NCBI RefSeq assembly: GCF_001194135.2
Contig: NC_068992.1
Coordinates: 55,845,341-55,909,340 of the forward strand
DNA from: Octopus bimaculoides
Lineage: Eukaryota
Direction of reading: 5' to 3'
Length of the DNA stretch: 64,000 nt
Shown here: in pieces, positions 1 through 11,884 of the stretch
Layout of the letters: each line of letters starts with the position of its first letter
Position numbering within the stretch: the first letter of the stretch is position 1
Made by a program: the position numbers and the translations under genes
The notes under the pieces: generated by a model
The model's input: only the letters and a program-made list of their open reading frames with translations
Databases searched by the model: none
Told to the model about the DNA's origin: nothing

Positions 1-142
1 GGAAAGTCGATTACAGCTGGTACTTATTTTATAGACCCCGAAAGGATGAAAGGTAAAGTCGGCCTGGGCGGGATTTGAACTCAGAACGTACAAACGGACG
101 AAATGTCGCTAAGCATTTTGCGGCATTTTTTATTGACTAAGA

Positions 143-358
143 TATTCTTTTCTACTCTAGGCACAAGGCCCGAAATTTTGGGGGAGTGGACTAATCGATT
201 AGATCGACTCCATTACGCAACTGGTACTTAATTTATCGACCCTGAAAGGATGAAAGGCAAAGTCGACCTCGACGGAATTTGAACTCAGAACGTAAAGACA
301 GACAAAATACTGCTAAGTATTTCGCCCGGCGTGCTAACGTTTCTGCCAACTCGCCGCC
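143..358 (-). mobile_element. tRNA-derived SINE family A, with central gtcgactttgcctttcatcctttcggggtcgataaa core (resembles the Meta domain)
   Basis: Many copies: 1-125, 2537-2740, 4655-4880, 5795-6020, 6030-6215, 15340-15550, 19470-19650, 19800-19975, 20640-20835, 32375-32575, 32910-33115, 50930-51035. Confidence 0.8.
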
Positions 359-559
359 TTATTATTAACCAAGATATTGACTACTCTGGTATAATGGTTT
401 CCATCAGCGAATAAACACGAGGTGGATGACAAATATAAAAAAAAAATAGATTTGGTTAGAATGCTTTTTATCACAGATCTGTTCAATCAGAGATAATCAG
501 GGGGTTCAACAACAACAGTAACAATATGATAAAATTAAATATGTCTAACGGCCGTCACT

Positions 560-900
560 GAAAGTAAATATTTCAATGGCGGAAATCCAATTGGACACAC
601 AGCAAAGGTAGTATATAGCGGGGATATATACAGTCAGAAAACAAGAAATGTAAAGCAGAAATCAAAAGAATGAACGAGCTAGAAAATGATTTGACAAAAT
701 GCCGAACATGTTAATACAAAGAAACATTAATATAGAAAACGGACAAACATTAAAGTGTTATGGTCCATTCTGTTTTATGGAGTTGAAATGTGGACATTAG
801 CGAAACTATCGTCAAATAGATTATGAGCGTTTGAGATTCGGATATGTAGAGGACCTTTTAGAATATCATGATCAGAGGATAAAAATCAATCATGAAGTAT
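560..900 (+). mobile_element. RTE-type LINE reverse transcriptase C-terminal relic
   Basis: Degenerate ...LKCY..SILFYGVE.WTL...RL.AFE.. signature, with frameshifts and stops. Confidence 0.6.
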
Positions 901-901
901 C

Positions 902-1174
902 TTTTACTTGTTTTCAGTCGTGAGACTACGGTCATGCTGGAGCACCACCTTGAAGAATTTTTAGTCGAGTGAATCGAGCCCAGTACGCATATACTTTTTT
1001 TTTTAGACTTGGTACTTATTTTGCTGAACCGTTAAGTTACGGGAGCATAAAGATACGCAATCACCGGTTGTCAAGCGGTGGTGGGGACAAACACAGACGC
1101 AAAGATACACACACACACAATATATATATAAGCCTTGAGTGGATTTGCTAGACGGAAACTGAAAGAAGCCCGTC

Positions 1175-1245
<71 letters not shown>

Positions 1246-1445
1246 TATATGTTTGTGTGTTTGTTTACCCACCATCGCTTGACAACCGATGTTAGTGTGT
1301 TTACGTCCCCGTAACTTAGCGGTTCAGCATAAGTGACCGATAGAATGAGTACTAGGCTTACAATGAATAAGTCCTGTGGTCGATTCATTCGACTAAAGGT
1401 GATGCTCCAGCATGGCTGCAGTCAAATGACTGGAACAAGTAAAAG
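902..1445. mobile_element. Two SINE family B fragments in opposite orientation around a (TA)n(GA)n microsatellite
   Basis: 902-1110 is the reverse complement of the family B 3' half at about 1250-1445. Confidence 0.75.
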
Positions 1446-3259
1446 AATAAAAGTACACACACACACACATACACATGTTATTTTATATATCGCTGGTGAG
1501 AAATGAGTCCCTGCGATCTCTAGCAGTCGGGCATCTATCACTGACAATACCAAGGAAGGTCGAAATCACGTGATCTGGTAGTCTCGGCGCTGGAGATGGC
1601 GGGAGTTATCACCCTGCTAGCGATATAAACAAGAGTGTATTTTCCACCAAAAGCCAATATGAGTCTCTCTCATGGTAACTACCGCAGTATAGTCTGTCTA
1701 AACAGGACATCCACGTTGAAGTGGGGATAAATATTATCTTTCTATATTAACACTGCCTCTGTCGCTGATATATATTTTTGACATATTCAGCAGTTATGTC
1801 TTAATGCTAGTTAGTCAATGTAAGTTACGAAGTTAATCTGGTCCTGTGTTGAACAATGCCTTATCTATTCAGCTATTTACTTCTCTATGCACCAAGAATA
1901 TATGAATATTTTAATGATCTATAACATGTGTGTGGGGGGGGGGGTTAATTCAGTGATCTGCTTGTTCTCAGTTCTAATCCCGCAGAGAATGAACGACTTT
2001 GTTTTCCGATTGATGTAGTTAGAAACATTTACAACTACGTTTCACAAATTTGTCTTTCATGTTCTTGTGATAAGAAACATGGCCGCCATTGTAGTCCCCA
2101 CACTCTTAAAATTCTCTGTCTTCGTGTTTATATAAAAAGACAAATTATTGAAAGATTTAGAATGTCATTCGATCAAAGTAATTCTAAATATTACTCCAAG
2201 GACATTCTACCAAACTTCTATTTAATATTATTTCATATATGACTGAAACAATTTTACCAATTACAAAGATAATGCGAAAACTAGCTGTTCTGTCCTTTTT
2301 TTTTTCTTTCTGATAATAATATGGAAGTTATTTGTCGGAGAAAATGCGACATCTGACCTCTCTCTCTCTCTCTCCCCTGGTTATTTCTAACACAAATATC
2401 TCGTTATTTTGTAGAACTCGAATTTGTCTATCTCCTTTGTATATCAACAGAACAGCGAATAAATTTTAATTCTTGGTAGCAGGATAGGCAGAGCTGTAGT
2501 TTAAATATTTTAATATATATGTTACGTGTAAATCGGTGAGCTGGCAGAACAGTTAGCAGGTCGGTCATAATGCTTAGCGGCATTTCATCGTTCTTAATTC
2601 AAATTCCGCTAATGTCGATTTTTTTTTAATCTCTCATCTTTCCGGGTCTATAAAATAAGTACCATTTGAGCACTTGAGGTCGATGTAATCGATTTACACC
2701 TCTCCATAGCTGCTCAGCCTTATGCCAAAATTTGAACTACACCAACTTCTCTACGTACACACCACCAGCAACGCTCGCACAGGTTCTATCTCCACACTGT
2801 TTGTGAAATGCTTCACCATGGTTAACAGCAAATACAACCTGTGAGAACTCCTGTAACAAGTAACCTGCAGCAGCATTGAAGCCACGACTTCTTGTACGAC
2901 ATGTGCCTCTCCCCGGCTCTGCATTGCCGCCTCAACGTCTTGATACAGCATTTCAACTACTGTGTACCTTGACTACGAACTGGTATTTATCATCCTTGTG
3001 TCTGGACATTCTTCTAACGTCATATTATAGACTCTTTCTATGCTCTGAACTTATTGCACACGCATACACCTATGTTTTACACATACATTTTATATTCATG
3101 CGGGTTTGTCTATTATTATGTTTATATGTCGCACATACAGACACGCATGTTAACATATAAATAGAATCTTCTCTTAAACCTTCTACCGGTTGTGTCTCTC
3201 GTTTCCTTCTGGCACTGATACTCATTTAACCTTTTTCCTTCCATGAATTATGTATGGAA

Positions 3260-3548
3260 TTGTGAAGCACCCAGCAAGTGCAAACCACATTTTCCTATAA
3301 GGGTCTAGATTTGCGATACTATCCTTTAATTTCGTATCGTAGATGGGCAGATTCCTAAAGATTCTGCTCGCGCATTCACAGCAAGCAAAACACAGGTCCA
3401 GACTTTAGATCGTGTTGGTGTATTTTTACCCACGCCGATGTTTACACACGGCCAGTTATACGTCGCTATGAGTAGAGCAATGGACTCCAGTAATTTGAAA
3501 ATTAATGTCCACCAAACAGAAAATATCATCTACAAAGAAGTTTTGTAA
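3260..3548 (+). mobile_element. Helitron PIF1-like helicase C-terminal relic
   Basis: 3348-3548 translates as QIPKDSARAFTASKTQVQTLDRVGVFLPTPMFTHGQLYVAMSRA...NIIYKEVL*, matching the Helitron KSQGQTL..VG....VFSHGQLYVA.SR...NIVY.EVL end. Confidence 0.85.
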
Positions 3549-5229
3549 TCATATTGATATTATCGAAAAGAATATGATTCATAATTTAAATAAGGAAATT
3601 TGTGAACTTTGAATGTATAAGGGTGAATTAAATTGCTCACAAGCGTAAAATAGTGTAAAAAGTATATCTAAATGACATTTCTTTCTTAATACTTTTTTAT
3701 GTAGTGGTCGAAGGAAGCTCTGGCTTTCGTTAGGAGTGATCCACATAACTATTCATGATACGGAGGCTGGGAGCTTATTTTAGTTCGGGAGTGAATCATC
3801 ATCACACGTCACTTAGTCACAAACACATGTCATATAGTTGTAATAGAATGCTGTATCACCAACAATAATGTGATTTCTCTAAGACATCACCCAGTAATCT
3901 ATCAAGTCCATTAACACATTTCTCAATGCATACTGCTGTTATGACTTCTCTCCTTCATCTTATGCCTCCATCGTAGATCGGTAGATTTGCTAGTAAAAAT
4001 AATGTCGTTTGACACGATGGGTGTTCGAGTGTAACGGTTTTAATAAGCTTTAATTTATGAACAAATAGGTAACAAAATCAAAGTTTTTAACATATGTAAC
4101 GAATAGCTTCTTAGATTTTAAGCCAGGATTCGAAACCGATTCTACATTTTTTACATAACTTCCTTTCCTTTTGTTCTCGGCTTTTGCACTAAAAAATTTA
4201 TGACTCTACTGTCATACTTAGTAAAGTTCTGCTGTTTAAGTTAATATTCTTGCATTAAATACAGTTCGAGGAAAATAAACCCATTACTCTCCATTGTTCT
4301 CTGATCTACAGCTTTCTTTATATAAATACAGTAACCAAGTTCAGTTCTTTCTTTCGGCACCGACGGCGAGGGACTACACAGCTTTTGCCCTCTCTGGACT
4401 CTCTTATTCTTTTTGTCTCTCCTTTTCCCACTGGTCTTCTAGCAGTCACTCACACATGAAGTTAACTACCTACAGAATGGATAAAGGACCGGCAAATAAT
4501 TTGTGTTTAACAACAGCTCTAAAAAGTTTTATCTTACATTGTAACGATGAAAATAACGAGCCATTTCAATCAACAATATTTTTCTTCCTCTCATTTATTT
4601 TGCTACTTATAAATCGTTACACATAATTGCTTTTAACGAAGTCACAGGGGAGAGATTTTATGTGGGGGCGAAATGATTATTCGATTAAATCGATTCCCAT
4701 CCCTTAACCTGTACTTTATTTTATTGACTACAAAAGGCTGAATGCCGAAGTTGACATTGGAGAGATTTGGGACTTAGAACGTAAAGAGCTGGAATGTTAT
4801 TGCATAACATATCACATAACATAATGAATGTTATTGCATAACATTTTATCCGATGTTGCAACGATTCTGCCAGATTACCACCCATTTTTTAATAGCGGGT
4901 GGGGCAAAATGGATAGCTTCTGACTTTATATTTTCTTTCTACTTGTTTGAAACAATTGTTATTGAAAGTATTGCATCATCGTTTTGTACCGTTGCATCAT
5001 CACTGAGAGTGAAAAATTGATCAACATAGTTGTTGTTGAAGCTGAGAAAGTGTGGAACATAGTCAGGTGACAGATACTTTGTTTACAAAAAATTTTTCTT
5101 CAACTTTGACCCGATTGTAATTCAGGTAACAATATCTGGATAATTTTAAGTGTTCAGCAATCAATATTTATTTCTCTTTTGGATTCCAAGGCAATTCCCC
5201 CCCCCACACACACACACTAATGTATAATT

Positions 5230-5780
5230 TGATAATTTTCAAAAAATGTCGTCTAAAGTGAAGCAAAATGAATAATGACTAATTTCGATATTTTCTCTTT
5301 AACTGCATGGTGCATAAATATATCAGGAAGATGGCCACTCCAGCAGATCGGGAAGAAGCTATTGAGAATATTTTACGTTGATTTTTTAGATTTAGTCAAG
5401 TTTCGTCATGTGCTATTTTTCCAAGATCATCTTTCATTTGACCCAGGCATTTTTAGTTTTTGTAGCATTTCTGATTTTTTTTTTATGTCAAAGGATGGAT
5501 ATTGATGTGTATGAGTCTTTTTCAGATGTAATTCTCGAAAACTGAAGAGGCAGATTTACCTTACTTTGTCTTACTCGTTATGCCCCACCTAAATTTCTCT
5601 TCTGCATGCTCGAAGAGAACGGAGATAATTTTTTTTAAATACAGTTCTGAATATTTTATAACGATTTTAATGAATTTACGAGATTATAGAGAAATTCATT
5701 TACTGAGCTGATATAGTTCTTGTAAGGTAGTGAACATTTGCCATTTTTTTTTCTTAAAGTCAAAAATGCAGTAAATATTA
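5230..5780 (-). mobile_element. Tc1/mariner-like element 5' fragment
   Basis: Reverse complement aligns with 17900-18380; a related end lies at 4894. Confidence 0.55.
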
Positions 5781-5794
5781 TTTATTGTTCTTTG

Positions 5795-6020
5795 GGCGGC
5801 GAGCTGGCTGAATCGTTAGCACGCCGGGCGAAATGCTCAGCGGTGTTTCGTCTGCTGTTACGTTCTGAGTTCAAATTCCGCTGAGGTCGTCTTTGCCCTT
5901 CATCCTTTCGGGATCGATAAAATTAGTACCAGTTACGCACTGAGGTCGATGTAATCGGCTTAATACCTTTATCCCTTCTCCCAAATTTGAGGCCTTGCGC
6001 TTCCACTAGAAAAGATTATT
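5795..6020 (+). mobile_element. SINE family A, near-intact copy
   Basis: ggcggcgagctggc head, gagttcaaattcc B-box-like motif, A-rich tail. Confidence 0.8.
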
Positions 6021-7146
6021 CATTGTGCTTGGCGACATGCTGGTGGAATCGTTAACACACCAGGCAAAATGCTTTGCGGCATTTCGTCTGTCTTTACGTT
6101 CTAAGTGCAAATTCCACCGAGGTTAACTTTGCCTTTCATACTTCCGGGATCGATAAAATAAATACCAGTTGTGCCCCGAACTTGCTGACCTTGTGTCAAA
6201 ATTTGAAATCAATATTATTCGTTGCGCCCCACTCTCTAAAATAAAACAAGTTTCAGTGTTAAACTTTCAATAACTTTGACTCTGGAAGGAAATCGAAAAC
6301 AAATCGAAATGTTTTATGCATCGTAATAGGAATAAGATCAATTTATAAATCGTGGAATTTCCATAGGTCTTTCTAGTTATCTAATAATTATGAAAGCACA
6401 GTTATTGATATGAAGAAGATGGCATGGTAGATGTAGCAGCCTCCACATTAAATTATCATATGTGTCTCTACATTCTGAGTTCGATTCCTTCTTGGATGAA
6501 GTTTGCTTTCTGTTTCTCCAACGTCAATAAAATTAGTATGAATAATGTACTGGATTCAGTCAAGTGTGTCTTTCCATTTAAAATGTGTGTCAACGAAGAG
6601 AGATCAATATCTAGCCATACGTTCGATTTTGAGTGTGTTTGTGTATTAGAATATTCGATATTTATAGTATTGTATACGTACTTATTAACATGTTGCTTTC
6701 GATCGGTACGAAACTAGAGTAATGATACTGAAGTTCTAAATCATATATCAGTGGTTCTTAAGCAGCAAGCTTATGTTCATAGATCGCTTAGCTTTTGTGA
6801 TACGTCTACAGTGTCAATGAATTTGGTTTTGTGCTAGTCTCCCTGCTTTCTCTTCAGCTTTCACGGCAGGTAAAGATAAATGTCTTGCGTATGACATAAA
6901 ACCGCATCTGGTGGTGGGGCTCCAGTCCGAGAGTTCTGGAGTTGTGAGGAGTGGGGACTCACCCCTTAATTATTATTACTCTCAGATCCGTTCTGACCAG
7001 GAACGGTCGCACTTGCCAGGGTCCCGTCTATGGGTTAAATAGATTTGTGTAAGAGTAGATTGAGCTCCTTAGCTGCGATGATAGCAATCAATCTAGGAAA
7101 AGGAAAACTCCAAAATTAATAGCCACTTCCAATATGTTCTAAGAGT

Positions 7147-7254
7147 ATGGCTAATAAAACTAAAATGGCTAATAAAACTAAAATGGCTAATAAAACTAAA
7201 ATGGCTAATAAAACTAAAATGGCTAATAAAACTAAAATGGCTAATAAAACTAAA
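7147..7254. repeat. Perfect 18-bp tandem repeat (ATGGCTAATAAAACTAAA) x6
   Basis: Counted directly; it produces the spurious FSFISH ORF. Confidence 0.95.
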
Positions 7255-8459
7255 ATGAGGTGTGTCTAATAACATAGATTCTATATGAAGGCAACTACCT
7301 CATGTTAGTGTACATTCTGCTGCAGGTGGATATAGGAGGGAATGATGAAACATAAATACATAGTCAGCCGACAGTGTGAGCCTTCCCTCCCTAGTCCCTT
7401 AATTAAATTTCATGGTTATTCCATTAATGAGCTTAAATATCTACCGAAAAACGGAATTATTTTCTGCAAATCACTTTGCCTCAATAAACTTGACATAGCT
7501 CAACAAAAATAGTTTCAAACATGACATTCTTCAACCAAAGATCGATCGGTATAAAAAACTGCTTTTCGCAGTTAAGGGTAATGGAATTTTGAGTGGCTAT
7601 ATTTGGTTTCTGCTGTAAAAGAGCTATAAACAATTTCTAAGTAGTACCTCATCTTGGTGATGCGCGATAACTAGAGTTCTTGCTGTCTCTGGCTAAACTT
7701 ATCAAAGACTCGACGGTGGTCTGCCAGCAGAGATGTGACATGTAGATCACCGGTGTGATAGTTAGGGGTCTATTGATGAGCACTAAGATGGGACATTCGT
7801 GCTCATCAGCAGACCCATAACCAACGGTCAAATAATCTCATTGCCTTGTGAGTGATGGAGATAGTAAAAAAGCTAGGTGGAACACATCCTGATAGACCTA
7901 TAGAAAGAGAGTCTCGTTGGCGATTAGATATGTCTATTTGGCAATGTTTTTTTTTTCTGGCAAATCTTACAACCAAACGAGTACAGTTTTGACTCTCCTC
8001 TAAACTACACTGGTGAGGTCGAGAGAGAAGTCTTGAGATATAGGCAACCCAAGACCCCTCGTAGAACTACCCACGTTCTTCTTTATGTTCGTTCCTCTTT
8101 CTTTTTCTCGGCGTTTCTTTTTCCTTCTCTTTGACCCTTTCCTTTCTCACTACAGACACTTAACTATATCTTTGAGGATCTAGGCACAACACGATAAGCA
8201 GTCTTAAATTGTGCAGAGAAGAGGTACCATGGGTTGTCTATCGGTAGTGTGAGCCACTGTCTCTCCACTGATCAACAACCACCTATCTTCACGTAGGCGG
8301 CTCCAGCTAGTTATGTATTAATCCTCCACTGTCTGGCTACTTCTTTAGATGTAAGAGATTTAAGTGTTTTGTATTTGACAAATAGATTCAAAAATAACGC
8401 ATCAAACAATATTTGGAAAATTCCAAAGACGTTTCTAGCGTTTCGTATAGCAAACTAAA

Positions 8460-8820
8460 ATATGAGAGCTAAGACATCAGGATTGGCCGATGATCTGAAA
8501 CTAATCGATAATAGACGCAATCATCTGTTATTGATGCTGATCTCGCAAGATAAAATGTGGACATTACCAAAAGGTATTAGTAGTCGACAAGGCAGTATAT
8601 TTTCTTCTAGAAATGAAAGAGAAGAGATGACAGACAAGAACAAGACGTCGGGTTTGCAGTAAAGACATCTTTCTTACCAATGACAGACATACTTACTGTG
8701 GTACTCGAATGACTGCTAAATCGCCATCTGAATTCCAACATCGTTCCAGTAAGCCTTGTTACTACCTGTAACTCCACACTTAACTCTAGTGTGAAAGCGC
8801 ATGACCTGTTTTATAATGAG
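8460..8820 (+). mobile_element. RTE-type LINE apurinic endonuclease relic
   Basis: Degenerate ..GVGFAVKTS...RM....LV....TL.S....D.FY.E pattern. Confidence 0.55.
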
Positions 8821-9006
8821 AGGGAAAGGGAGAGTTTAGTCCTCTATCGCAATTACTAGACTTCAATCATCTCTTTTGTCGAATTTTCTGTTTTATTCCA
8901 TTGGGGCTCGAAACGAGTATGTTTTTCTTTATGCACTATTCTGGGATGACTTTTTATTTGTGTTGCGATGTTCGAATCCCGGAGGTGATGTTAAAATTGT
9001 TTTCAA

Positions 9007-9215
9007 TGTGTGTGCGTGTGCGTGTGTGCATGCGCGTGTGCGTGCGCGTGTGTGCGCGTGTGTGCGCGTGTGTGCGCGTGTGTGCGCGTGTGCGCGTGTG
9101 TGCGCGTGTGCGCGTGTGTGCGCGTGTGTATACACACACACACACACACACATACATATATACACACAAACATATATACATATACATAAATATACCACAC
9201 AACACACACACACAT
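9007..9215. repeat. Compound (GT/GC)n and (CA)n microsatellite
   Basis: Direct observation; explains the overlapping CVR/THA ORFs. Confidence 0.95.
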
Positions 9216-9219
9216 ATAA

Positions 9220-9837
9220 GATGGTCTTTAGAAAAGTTGCAAAATGAATTTAGAGAAGAAATGTGACGCTTATAGTTTGCTTGTTCTTTGGAGCCGAAGA
9301 ATAGAAGGCGTTTTTTCGCTTTTGCAATTTGCTCTTTATGAAATGCCTGAAAGTCTTCTTTGGAATAAGAAAATAGATTCCATCATTGAACAGTACCGGA
9401 AAGGTTTAGACATGGAAAGGCAAAAAAAATAATAATGACTCATTGATACTGATTTATAGAATGGAAGGAAATTGAAAAGAAATCTTTAAGAAATAGACGA
9501 GTAGTAGCGATAGATATCTAATTTCAAATTGCATCAGAAAAACGAAAATAGTGAAAAGTTCCCCACGGAATTCACCATAGTATAAAACGTTTAGCAACTG
9601 AAAGCCTTCTATGATTGCGTGGTCACAGAATCCTTTAGATAAGAAATGAAAACATTTTTTGATATTTCGAAAGGTTATTAAGAGGATTGTATATAATACA
9701 AAGCGTAGGCGCGGGTGTGGTTATAGGTACAACGTGGTTGTGTATAGGCTTCCAAAAAATAAGTTCTGGGGTCGATCTGTTCGACTAAAGGCGGTATTCC
9801 AGCATGGCCGCAATCAAAATGACTGAAATAAATAAAA

Positions 9838-9880
<43 letters not shown>

Positions 9881-11050
9881 AACTAGGGTCGATTTGTTTG
9901 ACTAAAACCCTTCAAAGCGGTACTACAGCATGGCCGCAGTCCAATGAGTAAAACAAGTAAAAGATAACACCTATATAAAACATAAAACAACTATTCATAC
10001 TAACAATATGAAAATGAGTAAACGCTTATTGAAATAAAAGCATTCTAATTATTATAGACCTTCAAAGAAATGTCGTTTTCATCTATATTTGTGGTTATCT
10101 GTATGAATAATCTTGTACTTTATTCTTAAAATTGTACTTGTCGATCTTTTGACGAGACAAACGCATCGACAATATTATTAAAATTTGTGTTTTCAGTTTC
10201 CTCACGTTCAATGCTGAAGAAGTCTAAGGTCAACAGGCTTTCTTGACAGGGTTAACGTTTTATTGACAAACATTGACCCTTTCGTGTAAGAACTCCCCCA
10301 ATAATGTAGAAAAGAACCCAGGAAGAATATTATATTAATCTCATTTGGTGCGGAAACCGATGGCTTCTACTTTTTGCAAGAAATCGCTACATAACATTCA
10401 TAATGCCAAATATTTTGGCCTCGTGTTTGATTCTATTGCAGATCAAAAACATTACGAGCAAATGACAGAAAGTGTTCGTTATGATGATATTGATTTTTAG
10501 AAGAAAAGAATTATGAAAGGGTCTTTCTTGGATTTATTCAATTAAAGCGAAAGTATGCCGAAAACACGGTGAAAGTAATTCAGGAACAACTTGTAAAAGA
10601 CAAATGTTGTTAGAAGCCTGTTGATCTCCATACCATGGCAATGCTGCAATAATGGCTTTATAAAAGAAGTATTCAACAGAAGATAAATGAAATATAGAAA
10701 AAAACATTGAACAGATATTGTCCTGTTAACTGTGATAATCGTCCTCTCAATTTGATCGGAATGCATACTTCTAAGAAGTATTGATGGTGATGTTTACGGT
10801 ACAATTCAGACACTTTATTCATTCGTTTCCTGCTCATCTATCCGTTAGTAAAAGCGAAAAAGATGTCATACCAATAGTTTTCAAAGCTGAATCTGAAATT
10901 CAATGAAGTTCTAAAACAGAAAATGTGAAGTCAGCTCATGAATGTTTTTGATATTTCCGTTGAATTTTTGTAAACCATAGTTAATTATCAGAACTGCAAT
11001 GCTGATACAAGAAATGGTGCGAGGAAAGTAATGAATCAAATTTGAATTGT
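9220..11050 (+). mobile_element. Decayed hAT (DUF4371/ZMYM1-like) transposase, interrupted by SINE and (TA)n at about 9700-9970
   Basis: Fragments LRGH, AKYFGLVFDSIADQKHYEQMTESVRY, FLGFIQL, YHGNAAIMA, CDNRPLNLIG, YGTIQTLYSF occur in the expected order, with stops. Confidence 0.75.
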
Positions 11051-11517
11051 TTGGTTTTGCTTTGATTTTTTATAATAAAATATTCATTTAGATTGGCCCT
11101 CTTCAAATAAATCCAAGATCATACCGTAAGCTCTCTTAATGGTGCTTAGGATTTAAAGGCTCTTCAAGATTATTTTTTAAACATCGAGCATTATTTGCAA
11201 GTTAATCACTGTAAGCTCAGCTGAAACTGTGTGATGAAAGGGATACTCAAGTAGAAAATGAGTCAGAAAGAAGAAGCAACTGCTTGTCTTTGACATTTTA
11301 CTTGTTTCAGTCATTAGACTGCGGCCGTGCTGGAGCACCGCCTTGAAGAATTTTTGTCGAACAAATCGACTCCAGCACTTTTTTATAAACCTGGTACTTA
11401 GTCTATCGGTCTTTTTGTCGAAGCGCCAAGTTACGGTAGCGTAAACATACCAACACCAGTTGTCAAGCGGTGATGAGAACAAATAGGCACAAAGACACAC
11501 ACACAGAAACACACACA

Positions 11518-11581
<64 letters not shown>

Positions 11582-11835
11582 CACATTTACATATATATTA
11601 TAAATAAGGGCAAAAAGAAAAAAATTTCTTTGCCAATATACTGAAAAATAGACGCTAAGTCGTCTAACCACATAAAATATTTTCACTTANNNNNNNNNNA
11701 TATTGGCAAAGAATGTTTTTGTTTTTGCCCTTGTTTATAATTATATTTATAATTTTCACCTTAAAAGGTATTTTTTATATGCTGGGCTGGTCACTGATAA
11801 AATTTTTTAATAAAATTATATTCTTATATAAGACG

Positions 11836-11884
<49 letters not shown>

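Noticed and set aside
8876-9266. Cys-rich and His-rich ORFs, with similar ones at 11177, 27550-27996 and 43654-44143
   Set aside because: Translations of dinucleotide microsatellites and SINEs
11600-11745. Imperfect inverted repeat spanning the short gap at 11690-11699
   Set aside because: Cannot separate a real palindromic insert from mis-assembly at the gap
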